The notes beneath the pieces were generated by a model. That model had not been told where the DNA came from. It saw only the letters and a list, made by a program, of their open reading frames with translations, and did not search any database. Of a stretch of DNA of 64,000 bases, positions 19,481-29,007 are shown piece after piece. Origin of the DNA: an uncultured Desulfosarcina sp. (lineage in GTDB: Bacteria; Desulfobacterota; Desulfobacteria; Desulfobacterales; Desulfosarcinaceae); assembly GCA_963674945.2 (NCBI GenBank), contig CAXXWQ010000003.1, forward strand, positions 576,001 through 640,000, read 5' to 3'. The translations under genes were made by a program, and so were the position numbers. The first letter of the stretch is position 1; every line of letters begins with the position of its first letter.

Positions 19481-20431
19481 ATGAAAACCTTCACTCGTCG
19501 TCATTTCATGTGGATGCTGGCTGCAGCGCCAATCATTACGGCAATTTTTCCCAAAACGACAACAGCCGAAGATTGCAATGTTCAACATCCGTTCATGCCG
19601 CCCGTAAACACATATCAGGGACAATGCCCTGTTTGTGGAATGGTCAGAAGCATGTGGGCGCGCACATGGATCACCTTTGACGAAGGCAAGGATGTATCAC
19701 AGGTCTGCTCCTTTCATTGCCTGGCGGACTGGATCGGCAAATCCGGGCACCCCCCCACCAATGTCATGCTCACTGTTTATCATCAACCCGACACCGCTGT
19801 TTCGGCCGGTGATGCGATTATCGTGATGGGATCGACCGCTGCCGGAACCATGAGCCCGGTTTCGAAGATCGTTTTTGCCGACAGATCCGAGGCCGAACGC
19901 TTCGCGCAGAACTGCGGCGGCGAGATCGTCAATTTTGCCGAAGCACTTCAGACGGCGAGATCCAACGTGGGAAAGGAAAACAGGATGATCAATGCACGCA
20001 GGCTGAAAAAAGGCAGGATCGTCGAACCGAAAGATAGCGACAATTGCCCGGTATGCGGCATGTTCCCGAAACGGTACCCCTATGGAAAATGCCAGATCAG
20101 AGCAAAGGACGGCCGCACCATCCATTTTTGCTCGACGCAGTGCTTGTTCGCCTTTTTGGGAAAACAGGGTCTGTATGTGGACACACCCGTCGATCCGCTG
20201 CTGATTTGGGTGGTCGATCGTGGTACCGGCATGTGGATCAGTGGTCGTACCGCCTTTTATGTGATCGGTTCGAAAAAGGTATTCGGACCCATGGGATATG
20301 AGGCCCTGCCCTTTTCTTCGCTGAAAGAAGCAGATGGATTTGCATCCGACAACGGAGGAAAAACCGCCATCTTTGCCGATGTGACCATTGAAAAAATCGT
20401 TCCCAACTGGAAATATGCAAGCAAGCGTTAA
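19481..20431 (+). CDS. Tat-exported double NosL-family metal-binding protein
   Basis: TRRHF twin-Arg signal; two CPVCGM..CSxxC..(GTM/GPMG) modules. Confidence 0.8.
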   Translation: MKTFTRRHFMWMLAAAPIITAIFPKTTTAEDCNVQHPFMPPVNTYQGQCPVCGMVRSMWARTWITFDEGKDVSQVCSFHCLADWIGKSGHPPTNVMLTVYHQPDTAVSAGDAIIVMGSTAAGTMSPVSKIVFADRSEAERFAQNCGGEIVNFAEALQTARSNVGKENRMINARRLKKGRIVEPKDSDNCPVCGMFPKRYPYGKCQIRAKDGRTIHFCSTQCLFAFLGKQGLYVDTPVDPLLIWVVDRGTGMWISGRTAFYVIGSKKVFGPMGYEALPFSSLKEADGFASDNGGKTAIFADVTIEKIVPNWKYASKR

Positions 20432-20446
20432 TGAGAGGAGAGCTTT

Positions 20447-21010
20447 ATGAAAAAATCACTGGGAGCAAACACATTTCTTACCACCACACCGGTTCTGCTT
20501 GTCGGAACCTACGATCAGGAGGGGAAAGCCAACCTCATGACTGCGGCCTGGGGAGGCATCTGCTGTTCCAAGCCACCTTGCATTGCCGTCTCCTTGCGCG
20601 AGGCAACCTACTCGTACGCTGCCATCGTCGAACGCAAAGCCTTCACCATCGGCGTTCCCACGGCGTCACAAGTTCAAGCGGCCGATTACTGCGGTATCGT
20701 CAGCGGCCGCAGGACCGACAAGTTTTCGAAAGCAGGTCTGACCGTCGTGAACAGCGACCTGGTCGATGCGCCATACGCCGATGAAGTTCCGCTCGTTCTC
20801 GAGTGCAAACTCGTTAATCGACTGGAACTCGGCCTGCACACACTTTTCGTGGGTGAAATTATCGATGTGAAGGCGGATGAGACGGTCCTGGCAAAAGACG
20901 GCCTTCCGGATATCGCCAAGATCGAGCCGATCGTCTACGACCCGGTGCACAAAAGCTATAACGGTGTCGGATCATTTCTGGGAAAGGCCTTTTCCGTGGG
21001 CAAAAAATGA
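20447..21010 (+). CDS. Flavin reductase (flavoredoxin) family protein
   Basis: NLMTAAWGG, GIVSGRRTDKF, LECKL, HTLFVGEI. Confidence 0.85.
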   Translation: MKKSLGANTFLTTTPVLLVGTYDQEGKANLMTAAWGGICCSKPPCIAVSLREATYSYAAIVERKAFTIGVPTASQVQAADYCGIVSGRRTDKFSKAGLTVVNSDLVDAPYADEVPLVLECKLVNRLELGLHTLFVGEIIDVKADETVLAKDGLPDIAKIEPIVYDPVHKSYNGVGSFLGKAFSVGKK

Positions 21011-21215
21011 AGGGATGTAAGGAGCAGCCTACGGACACCTTAATGTCACGATTTTCACTTTGCTCCATATGCTTCATCATGAGATCCAAGTATTAAAAAT
21101 TTCAATGTCTCATTTTCATTATCCATAGCTGTGCCAATCGGCGGAACCATCTTTTATTCGATTCCGAACGTCTAAAACAGCTTTGTAAAAATCTGGATTG
21201 GAATAAATAAGATCC

Positions 21216-21341
21216 ATGCTTTCCACGCAGGCCGTGGCACTTTCTTTGGAACATAATATCGACATTGTCTTTTTGGCTGGTTACGGCGATCCGGTAGGCC
21301 GGGTATGGTTTGCCAGAACCGGCAGCACGGTGTTGATGAGG
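21216..21341 (+). pseudogene. cas1: Cas1 N-terminal fragment
   Basis: LSTQAVALSLEHNIDIVFL..YGDPVGRVW...GST resembles the Cas1 beta-domain; only 42 codons. Confidence 0.6.
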
Positions 21342-21433
21342 ATTTCCGGCGCGTCAATGTGCTGGGCCAGGGGTTTGGCCGGAAATTGGTCAACGATGAA
21401 ATTTTGGCGAAGTTTTTCTGAACAGACCCTTTT

Positions 21434-21571
21434 AAATACAAAGAAACCAAAATCGACCTGGCCGATTGTCTGTTGGCCGCTTATTCATCACCCGACACAC
21501 CGGTGGTTTCTTTCGACACGGATCTTCGAAAACTTGGTGCACACTTGGGATTGATTCAGAGCACGCCTTGA
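21434..21571 (+). pseudogene. PIN (VapC-like) toxin C-terminal fragment
   Basis: A frame not in the ORF track reads KYKETKIDLADCLLAAYSSPDTPVVSFDTDLRKLG; the upstream part is broken. Confidence 0.6.
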
Positions 21572-21611
21572 AAAACGAAAAAAATAAACTTATCGCCCTC
21601 ATGGATATCAG

Positions 21612-22385
21612 ATGTGCCTCATCGCCTTCGCATGGAAGACAGGGCCGGGAAAATTGATCCTGGCGGCAAATCGGGATGAATTTTTTCATCGACCGGCCAG
21701 GAAAGCCTCGTTTTGGAATGACGGACACACGCTGGGCGGCATCGATTTGAAACATGGTGGGACATGGCTGGCAATCAACCGCTCCGGACGATTCGCAGCC
21801 CTCACCAACTACCGCGACCCGGCCGGCAGTAACGGTGATGCGCCCAGCAGGGGCAGCATCGTAGCGGATTTCGTCAAAGGCTCGGTCTCCCCCCGGCGTT
21901 ATACGGAACAAATCCGATCCCGATGGCCTCGATTCAATGGGTTCAACCTGCTGATGATGGAACAAGACCGGCTGTTTTACTTTTGCAATGTAAACAAAAA
22001 GTGCAAGATGCTCGACCCGGGCGTATATGGACTGAGCAACCATCTGCTCGATACCCCGTGGCCCAAAACCCTTCGCGTGAAAAAAGGATTACAGGCGTTG
22101 TTGGATAAAAATGCAGTGGATCACGACGCACTCTTGCAATTGCTCGGCGACAGAGAAAGGGCGCCCGATGAAAGACTTCCGGATACCGGCATTCCCAAAG
22201 ATCTCGAAAAGGCTCTCTCCTCGGTGTTCATATCCACGGATGGGTATGGGACCCGGTGTTCCACAATGGTTACCATCGCGCATGACGGGAAGGTCGATTT
22301 CACCGAAGTTTCCTACGATTCGCAAGGTGCCGTGACAGGGCGGGTGAGATTCAGGTTTTCGATCCAGCGTCCCGGAAATCGGTAG
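21612..22385 (+). CDS. NRDE/TANGO2 family protein
   Basis: MCLI..ANRDEF, GGTWL, LTNYR, YGLSN, WPK, YGTRCST. Confidence 0.92.
   Translation: MCLIAFAWKTGPGKLILAANRDEFFHRPARKASFWNDGHTLGGIDLKHGGTWLAINRSGRFAALTNYRDPAGSNGDAPSRGSIVADFVKGSVSPRRYTEQIRSRWPRFNGFNLLMMEQDRLFYFCNVNKKCKMLDPGVYGLSNHLLDTPWPKTLRVKKGLQALLDKNAVDHDALLQLLGDRERAPDERLPDTGIPKDLEKALSSVFISTDGYGTRCSTMVTIAHDGKVDFTEVSYDSQGAVTGRVRFRFSIQRPGNR
22211..22358 (+). repeat. Direct repeat copy 1 (NRDE 3' end)
   Basis: Hand alignment to 28276-28423 gives 125/148 identical, no gaps. Confidence 0.9.
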
Positions 22386-22411
22386 GCCGATCAATATCCC
22401 ATGTACGAACG

Positions 22412-23206
22412 CTATTCAAGTTGCCCGGCCCGAAACGCCTTCAGGTAGCTCATGCAATAACGATCCCGGCCGGCCAGGGTTTCGGCGGCGATGATGTTGG
22501 CCATCATTTTCCTGTCCAGCGGGTTGACGATTGCTCCGCCCAACCCCTTGGCGATGGCCATGGTCATGAAGGTCTGGTTCATGAACTTGCGCGCCGGCAA
22601 ACCATAGCTGATGTTGCTAAGACCGCAGGCGGTATGAATCCCCGGATATGTGGCAACGATCTTCTCGATGGTGTCGATGAACGCCACGCCGAAGGTATTG
22701 TCCACCGAGATCGGCTGCACCAACGGGTCCACGAAGATGTTCTCTATCTTGACATTGTTCTCGAGAAGTCCGCTTACCAGATCATCGGCGATCTTCATGC
22801 GGTCGTCCACCGTCTTCGGCATGCCCGCATCGCTCATGCAAAGGGCGATCACCTTCAAATCCGTACCGGCGATGATCGGCATCAGCTTCTCGTAGCGTTC
22901 TTTTTCCAGGGATATGGAGTTGATCATGGGGATTCCCCGGTGAATGGCAAGGGCTGCCTCCACGGCCATCGGATCGGGACTGTCGATGGCGCAGGGCTTA
23001 TCCGTCACCTCCTGCACGATCTCGACCAGCCATTTGAGGTATTCGGGCTCCTTGCCCACGAAGACGCCGGCATTGACATCGATGTAGTCGGCACCGGCCT
23101 CGTCCTGATCCCTGGCCACCTTCTGGATGGTTGCGGCGTCCTGCGCCTCGATGGCCGCCTTGATTGCCTTGCGGCTGGCGTTGATGAGTTCGCCGATGAT
23201 TATCAT
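22412..23206 (-). CDS. Methyltetrahydrofolate:corrinoid methyltransferase (AcsE-like pterin-binding)
   Basis: MIIIGELIN, GADYIDVN, IDS, INSIS, GLSNISYGLP. Confidence 0.9.
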   Translation of the reverse strand: MIIIGELINASRKAIKAAIEAQDAATIQKVARDQDEAGADYIDVNAGVFVGKEPEYLKWLVEIVQEVTDKPCAIDSPDPMAVEAALAIHRGIPMINSISLEKERYEKLMPIIAGTDLKVIALCMSDAGMPKTVDDRMKIADDLVSGLLENNVKIENIFVDPLVQPISVDNTFGVAFIDTIEKIVATYPGIHTACGLSNISYGLPARKFMNQTFMTMAIAKGLGGAIVNPLDRKMMANIIAAETLAGRDRYCMSYLKAFRAGQLE

Positions 23207-23226
23207 TCTTTTTCTCCCTTATCGGG

Positions 23227-23847
23227 TTAGGCCACCAGTTGCTTGACCAGCTTCACTGCACCCGGCGCATCTGCGCTGAAACCGTCGGCGCCGATCTGAT
23301 CCGCGAAGGCCTGGGTCACCGGGGCACCGCCGATGATCGTCTTTGCCGAGATGCCCGCCTCCTTGATCGCCTTGACCGTGGTCTCCATGGCCGGCATGGT
23401 CGTGGTCAACAGCGAAGACATGGCGATCATTTGCGCCTTCTTCTCCACTGCTGCCCGGACGAATTTCTCGCTGTCCACATCAACCCCCAGGTCCACGACG
23501 TCGAACCCGGCGCCTTCGATCATCATCGCCACCAGGTTCTTGCCGATATCGTGCTGGTCGCCCTTGACCGTGCCGATCACCACGACGCCCCTGCTGTTGC
23601 TCTGGTCCGTGGCCAAAAGCGGCTTTATCATCTCCAGTCCCGCCTTCATGGTGTGGGCTGCCATGAGCATCTCGGGCACGAACATATCACCTGAGCTGTA
23701 CCGCTCGCCGACCTCGTCCATGGCGCTGATCAACCCCTCGCTGAGAATCCTCTGGGTGTCCGTGCCGGCATTCAGCGCCTCCTGTACCTTGGTCTTAACC
23801 TTAACCTCGTCGAGGTCCAATACCGCCTTAAAAATATCGTTTGTCAT
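23227..23847 (-). CDS. Corrinoid (B12-binding) protein, MttC-like
   Basis: FVPEM, GTVKGDQHDIGKNLV (DxHxxG), SSLLTTT, GGAP. Confidence 0.92.
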   Translation of the reverse strand: MTNDIFKAVLDLDEVKVKTKVQEALNAGTDTQRILSEGLISAMDEVGERYSSGDMFVPEMLMAAHTMKAGLEMIKPLLATDQSNSRGVVVIGTVKGDQHDIGKNLVAMMIEGAGFDVVDLGVDVDSEKFVRAAVEKKAQMIAMSSLLTTTMPAMETTVKAIKEAGISAKTIIGGAPVTQAFADQIGADGFSADAPGAVKLVKQLVA

Positions 23848-23963
23848 GTGATTTTCCTTTTTCCCTTATTTTGAGCGATAAGCCGTTCGCTGTCAGCAAT
23901 ACAATTTTCAAGAATTGCCCATTGATGCGCAATAGACAAGAGCTAACAGCTGATTGCCAAAAG

Positions 23964-25412
23964 CTATCCGACGAGGATGGCCTCGATGCCCTTTTTCACG
24001 GCATCGGATTTGGGAACCACCCGGTGCTCGGCCAGGATCTTCTTGGCCTTTTCATTGCAGCGAAGGCGCATCTTTTTGGCCCCGCCGGCCTCCCAATGCT
24101 CAAACCGGCTGCGGTCGCACAACTCGGGATTGAACAGCGCCGTCTTGAAATTCGTGAAGGTGTGCTTGTCGCTGAGAAAAATGGCCCCGCTGCTGCCGTT
24201 GCGGGCCACGCGGTCGATCACATCCAGGGCCAGTGTGTCGTCATCGATGCGCAATCCGTCCACGAAATAGCGACTCATGGCCACCAGTTCATCGGCCAGG
24301 GTCACCATTTCCAACGAGGAGGTATGCCCGGACTCGATGTAGCCCACGTCGTGAATGAAGTTGCAGCGGGACAGCATGGCCGTGATGATGGAGAGCATGC
24401 CCTCGGCGCCGGCCTGGGCATCCACCGACTTGGAATCCGTGGCCCCGGCGAAGGCCCAGATGGGCAGGTGGTAGATCATATCGCGCATATCGGCAAGGGC
24501 CGCCTGGGTGAGGCTCCACTCGGTGCACCCATAGGAAATGACCGAATGACGCATGTCCAGCACGCTCACATTGGGGGCGAAGAGAAAGGGAGCGCCCTTG
24601 TTGGTCAACTGATGGATGGTCAGCCCCACCAGATTTTCGGCAATGCCCAGGGCCATGGCCCCGGCCAGTGTCACCGGACCGCCGCCGCCGGCATTGCATC
24701 CCGACGGCAGGCAGATGGGAATCTGCTTTTTGGCGCAGAAGACCAGCTTCTCCATGACATTGGTGGGATAGCGCAACGGGCTGATGGCCTCCGAGTAGTT
24801 GAGGAGAAACGGCCGCCGGGCCAGGGCCTCCTCACCGCCGGCCACCAGGCAGGCGATGTCGTGAATTTTGGAGATGTCCCGTCCGCTGTCGGCGATGAAA
24901 CAGATCGGTTTGTTGCTCTTGCGCACCATCTCGGCAAACACATGCACGTAGATATCCTCGATGGGCACATCCGTGGGGTTTCCCATGGACATGGAAAAAT
25001 CCATGTTCGGCAGCCCGTCCACCAGGTGGGCGAAGTTTCCCGTGTCCCGGAGCACGGTGCGCCGTCGCTCTCCGGTTTCCAGATCGATGGTGAAAATCGT
25101 GTCCGAACCGGTGCCGTAATAAAAATTGCCGTCGACCAATGGCATGCACCGTCGGCCCTGCTGATCGTACAAGGTAATCTGCCGGGGCGCGGACTGCAGG
25201 GCATCCTCGACCAGACGCGCCGGCATGAGAACCCGGTCCTCACCGTCAGTGCGACAACCGGCCGATAGCAGCATCTGGCGCACCTGTGGATGCTCCATAA
25301 CAAAACCGGTGTTTTCTAAGATCTCCAGGGCGGCATGATGAATGGCCCGGGCCTGCTGTTCGTTGATCACCCGCATTCGCGGGCGCAGCGTGCTAATCTG
25401 GGGTTGTTGCAT
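23964..25412 (-). CDS. MttB-superfamily (trimethylamine methyltransferase-like) methyltransferase, non-pyrrolysine
   Basis: IHHAALEILE.TG, PVTLAG, DSKSVDAQAGAE, FLSDKHT, DRS; open frame with no internal TAG. Confidence 0.88.
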   Translation of the reverse strand: MQQPQISTLRPRMRVINEQQARAIHHAALEILENTGFVMEHPQVRQMLLSAGCRTDGEDRVLMPARLVEDALQSAPRQITLYDQQGRRCMPLVDGNFYYGTGSDTIFTIDLETGERRRTVLRDTGNFAHLVDGLPNMDFSMSMGNPTDVPIEDIYVHVFAEMVRKSNKPICFIADSGRDISKIHDIACLVAGGEEALARRPFLLNYSEAISPLRYPTNVMEKLVFCAKKQIPICLPSGCNAGGGGPVTLAGAMALGIAENLVGLTIHQLTNKGAPFLFAPNVSVLDMRHSVISYGCTEWSLTQAALADMRDMIYHLPIWAFAGATDSKSVDAQAGAEGMLSIITAMLSRCNFIHDVGYIESGHTSSLEMVTLADELVAMSRYFVDGLRIDDDTLALDVIDRVARNGSSGAIFLSDKHTFTNFKTALFNPELCDRSRFEHWEAGGAKKMRLRCNEKAKKILAEHRVVPKSDAVKKGIEAILVG

Positions 25413-25663
25413 GGTCAACCTCTCCTTTTCCTTCTTGGTTTGGCGCAACGGGGTTATTCATGTCCTCATACGGCCGGGCGCACATCGGCGCCCGGTTGGC
25501 GTTTCCATCCGTATGCCGGTTCATGATGGGGTATCGCCCACAAATCCGTGAGGCCGTAATGGTCCGACTACACCACCACCCCCATACGGGGGCGAAGCAG
25601 TGGGCGGCATGGTCACTTGGCAAGGGGCTTGATAATGACGGTCTGGTTCAGTCGGCAGGCATG

Positions 25664-26407
25664 TCAGAAATCATTTTCTTTGCGGCCCACGACGGCGTAA
25701 TAGTGGAGGGGATCGCCGGTCATGGACAATCGATGGCAGTAGTGGTGTTTTTTAATCATCTTCAGGTTCTTGCCGATCATCTCCTGCAGCACCTCGTTGT
25801 AGCCGGTGTCGTCATCATCGCTGAAAAAGCGATCCTTGATGTTGAAAACGACCCAGCTGTTGTCGTCAACCAGGTTGAAGGCGTTGACAAAGGCCTGGGT
25901 GGGAATGTCACCGAAGCCGAGGGCGGCCACCGTCACCAGGGCATTGAAATTCCAACGATTCAATCGCTGTTTGTCCTGCTTGTCGGTCTGGCTGAGGTCC
26001 ATGACGTAGTAGTCGTCATAGACGCCCGGTCGATCTCTTTTGACCGCTTTTCTGGCCTCATCGATGATATCCACACCGACGATGGCTTCGGTCTCCAGCG
26101 CATCTTGAAGGCATTCGCCGACGATACCGTTACCGGCACCGAAGTCCAGCACCCGCAAGGGTTCGCTGGTATCGGCAGACTGTTCGACGGCCTCTTTGAG
26201 CAATCCGGTAATCACGTTCGGGGAACTGCACTGCAATTTGTTGTATACCACCTCTTCGTACAGACCGGGTACATCGTACACCCGGTCGTATTCGTGGATT
26301 CGAATGCACTCCCTGCCCTCGTCGGTAATCAATTCAAAAAACTCCTCATCCTGATCCAGCATACACTTTTTGCTGGGATAGGCCACCTGCAGATCACAGG
26401 TATTCAT
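25664..26407 (-). CDS. Class I SAM-dependent methyltransferase
   Basis: RVLDFGAGNG..VGVDI; RBS AAGGAGG before ATG 26407. Confidence 0.85.
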   Translation of the reverse strand: MNTCDLQVAYPSKKCMLDQDEEFFELITDEGRECIRIHEYDRVYDVPGLYEEVVYNKLQCSSPNVITGLLKEAVEQSADTSEPLRVLDFGAGNGIVGECLQDALETEAIVGVDIIDEARKAVKRDRPGVYDDYYVMDLSQTDKQDKQRLNRWNFNALVTVAALGFGDIPTQAFVNAFNLVDDNSWVVFNIKDRFFSDDDDTGYNEVLQEMIGKNLKMIKKHHYCHRLSMTGDPLHYYAVVGRKENDF

Positions 26408-26493
26408 CGCTACCTCCTTATGTATTGTCGAAAAATGAGTTGTCCCGATAAGCTTGGATGGCGCATTGCACCGCAAGCTGAAGCACAAATACT

Positions 26494-26509
26494 ATCAACA
26501 AACATGCCA
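26494..26509 (-). promoter_or_regulatory. Possible sigma-54 promoter of the methyltransferase operon
   Basis: Minus strand TGGCATGTTTGTTGAT (-24 GG intact, -12 GA instead of GC), next to a divergent sigma-54 activator. Confidence 0.4.
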
Positions 26510-26907
26510 TACACAGAACAATGATAGTAACCTATTGAATTTGATGTTTTTTATATATATTTACATCCCGATTCATTCTAAGAACACGTCGCCTGCGAGC
26601 AAAAGTGGGCAATTTATATACATTTTACCAATATTTACTCCACCAGCGTAAAGTATCTGCACACAGTCAATGTCATGTCGCCCATGTCATCAGGCACCTG
26701 AAAAAAATATATATTTACTAAGTTACTGAATAAGAATGGAGAAATCCAGCCCTTGGTACTGGCCCCCACCGGGAGCGGCAAATTATCCTTGACAGTAAAC
26801 TTTTTATACACCACTTATGAAAATAAAACGATATCCCTGCAACGCAGGCAACCAATCCGTCCGAACAGAGTATACGATCGGCCACCCACCGACGCAACCG
26901 GAGCAAT

Positions 26908-28275
26908 ATGGCAGCCAACAAGAAAGTCAACATTCTGGTCATCGAGCGAGGCGTGGAGCTCATCCGCCAGCTCAAACGCATCTGCAGTGAAAAAAAGTTT
27001 ACCATCATGGGTACCCAGACCATTGAACACGGTTTCGAAAAGTTCGAGGAATGTGAGATCGACATCCTTTTTCTCACCGGATCGCTGGCACGCTTCGGAA
27101 GGATTCGGGGCATGGCTCTGTTGGACATCATTTCAGAAAAAAGCGCCGCCACCCAGATCCTCTTTTTGGCGGCGTCCAGGGATATGTCACTGGTCCTTTC
27201 GGCCCTCAAACGTGGATCCTATCAATACGCCAAACTGCCCATCTCCGATGGCGAGCTGCGCATGCTCATCGATGCGGCTCTGCTGCATCAACCCCAGTAC
27301 ACACCCAACCTGCTGTTGAAAGCCAACGCCCGAAAAACCACCTTCGAACAAATGGTAGGCGGCTCCACCACCATGCGCGAGGTCTACCGGGAGATCCGCC
27401 AGGCGGCCAGTACCGATATGCCGGTATTGCTCACCGGCGAGACCGGAACCGGCAAAGACCTGGTGGCCCGCGCCATCCATCAGCAGAGCCATCGCAGTCA
27501 GGCGATGTTTCATCCGATCCATCTGGGCGCCCTGCCACCGGAATTGGTGGCCGGCGAACTGTTCGGCTATGAGAAAGGAGCCTTTACCGGAGCCACGCGA
27601 AGTCACAGGGGCCTGTTCGAGAAGACGAATGGCGGCACGATCTTCTTGGATGAGATTGGCACCATCGACGAGAAGATACAGATCAGCTTGCTGCGCCTGA
27701 TCGAAACGCAGCAGTTGGAGCGCATCGGCGGCAGCCGCACCATCTTCTCAAACGTGCGAATTGTGGCTGCCACCAATGAGAACCTGTCTGAGGCCGTCGA
27801 TCAAGGGCGATTTCGCGAGGATCTGTTCTTCCGGCTGGACATCTTCCAGATCATGCTGCCACCGGTGCGTGAACGCGGCGGGGATGTCGTTCTTCTGGTC
27901 AACCATTTCCTCAAGCGCTTCAACGACGATTACCAGCGGGGTATTGTCGGTATTTCACCGGAATGCATCTCGATCCTCGAATCCTACGACTGGCCGGGAA
28001 ATGTCAGAGAGATCAAGAATGTGATGCATCGCGCCGTGTTGAACGCCACCGGCGGGATTCTGCTGCCCGGGCACCTGCCACAGCGCCTGCAGAAGGCCCG
28101 GACCAAAACGCCTGAAATCAAGCTGTCCGTAGGATGCACCCTCAAAGAGGCCGAAAAAGCCGTTATCGTCAGGACCCTGAACTGGACACGCAACAATCGG
28201 CAGCGAACCGCCGCCATTTTGGATATCAGCAGGCGAACGCTGTACAACAAGCTGGCGAAGTATAATCTACTATAG
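26908..28275 (+). CDS. Sigma-54-dependent activator with atypical receiver domain
   Basis: GETGTGKD, ELFGYEKGAFTGA, FLDEI, WPGNVRE, Fis-type HTH. Confidence 0.9.
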   Translation: MAANKKVNILVIERGVELIRQLKRICSEKKFTIMGTQTIEHGFEKFEECEIDILFLTGSLARFGRIRGMALLDIISEKSAATQILFLAASRDMSLVLSALKRGSYQYAKLPISDGELRMLIDAALLHQPQYTPNLLLKANARKTTFEQMVGGSTTMREVYREIRQAASTDMPVLLTGETGTGKDLVARAIHQQSHRSQAMFHPIHLGALPPELVAGELFGYEKGAFTGATRSHRGLFEKTNGGTIFLDEIGTIDEKIQISLLRLIETQQLERIGGSRTIFSNVRIVAATNENLSEAVDQGRFREDLFFRLDIFQIMLPPVRERGGDVVLLVNHFLKRFNDDYQRGIVGISPECISILESYDWPGNVREIKNVMHRAVLNATGGILLPGHLPQRLQKARTKTPEIKLSVGCTLKEAEKAVIVRTLNWTRNNRQRTAAILDISRRTLYNKLAKYNLL

Positions 28276-28423
28276 GGCGCTTTCCTCGGTATTCCTATCC
28301 ACGGATGGGTATGGGACCCGATGTTCGGCGATGGTTACCGTCGCAAATGGCGGAACGGTCGATTTCACCGAAGTTTCCTGAAATTCACAAGGTGCCGTGG
28401 CAGGACGGGAAAGATTCAAGTTT
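28276..28423 (+). pseudogene. Direct repeat copy 2: orphan NRDE 3' end
   Basis: About 84% identical to 22211-22358; TAC to TGA in-frame stop; starts right after the activator stop codon. Confidence 0.85.
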
Positions 28424-28590
28424 CAATTGCGCGGTAGCTATGGTAATCGAAGGTCGGTCGCATTGCCTGGATGATCATCCGTGGCGAATTCACCACAATC
28501 TTGCCTTGGACACGATGAAAATGCTAACGTCGCCGGCAGATGGTGATGGCTCATTGTTCCGAAAAAGATTTCACAGAAGGCAAATCGATT

Positions 28591-28932
28591 ATGAATACAG
28601 TAGCTCACCGACGCCAATATCCGCGCTACAAGACCGATTTCAGTGCGAAATACACCCTCAAGGAGGGAAAGTTCAGAGATATCATCCAAGATATCGGTGC
28701 GGGCGGCGTTTATTTCAATACCAGAAGAAGAATCCAACCGGGGCGATCCATCAATATCCAAATCCCCATATTCGCCTTCGGCAGACCCGTCAGCGTCATG
28801 GGTACCGTGGTACGCACAGAAGATGACGGGTTTGCTGTGGCGTTCGATTGGGCATTGGAGGCCAGATTGTTTAATGATGGGGACTTTCCGCGAAGTGCCC
28901 GTGAAGTTTCTCTGCAACCTGACGTCGACTGA
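28591..28932 (+). CDS. PilZ domain protein
   Basis: RRQYPR and DIGAGG motifs. Confidence 0.8.
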   Translation: MNTVAHRRQYPRYKTDFSAKYTLKEGKFRDIIQDIGAGGVYFNTRRRIQPGRSINIQIPIFAFGRPVSVMGTVVRTEDDGFAVAFDWALEARLFNDGDFPRSAREVSLQPDVD

Positions 28933-29007
28933 GTAAAAATCCGGATACAGAGGGGCCGGCTTTGGGCTCCCCTATAAGGGGGTTGCATCACGAGCGCATG
29001 GTATCGT

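Noticed and set aside
21010..21610. CRISPR array near the cas1 fragment
   Set aside because: No regularly spaced repeats here or elsewhere in the window.
23964..25412. Pyrrolysine readthrough in the MttB-like gene
   Set aside because: The frame is fully open with no in-frame TAG, and no pyl genes are present.
28305..28826. 173-aa ORF after the sigma-54 activator
   Set aside because: An off-frame reading of the NRDE duplicate and the PilZ gene.
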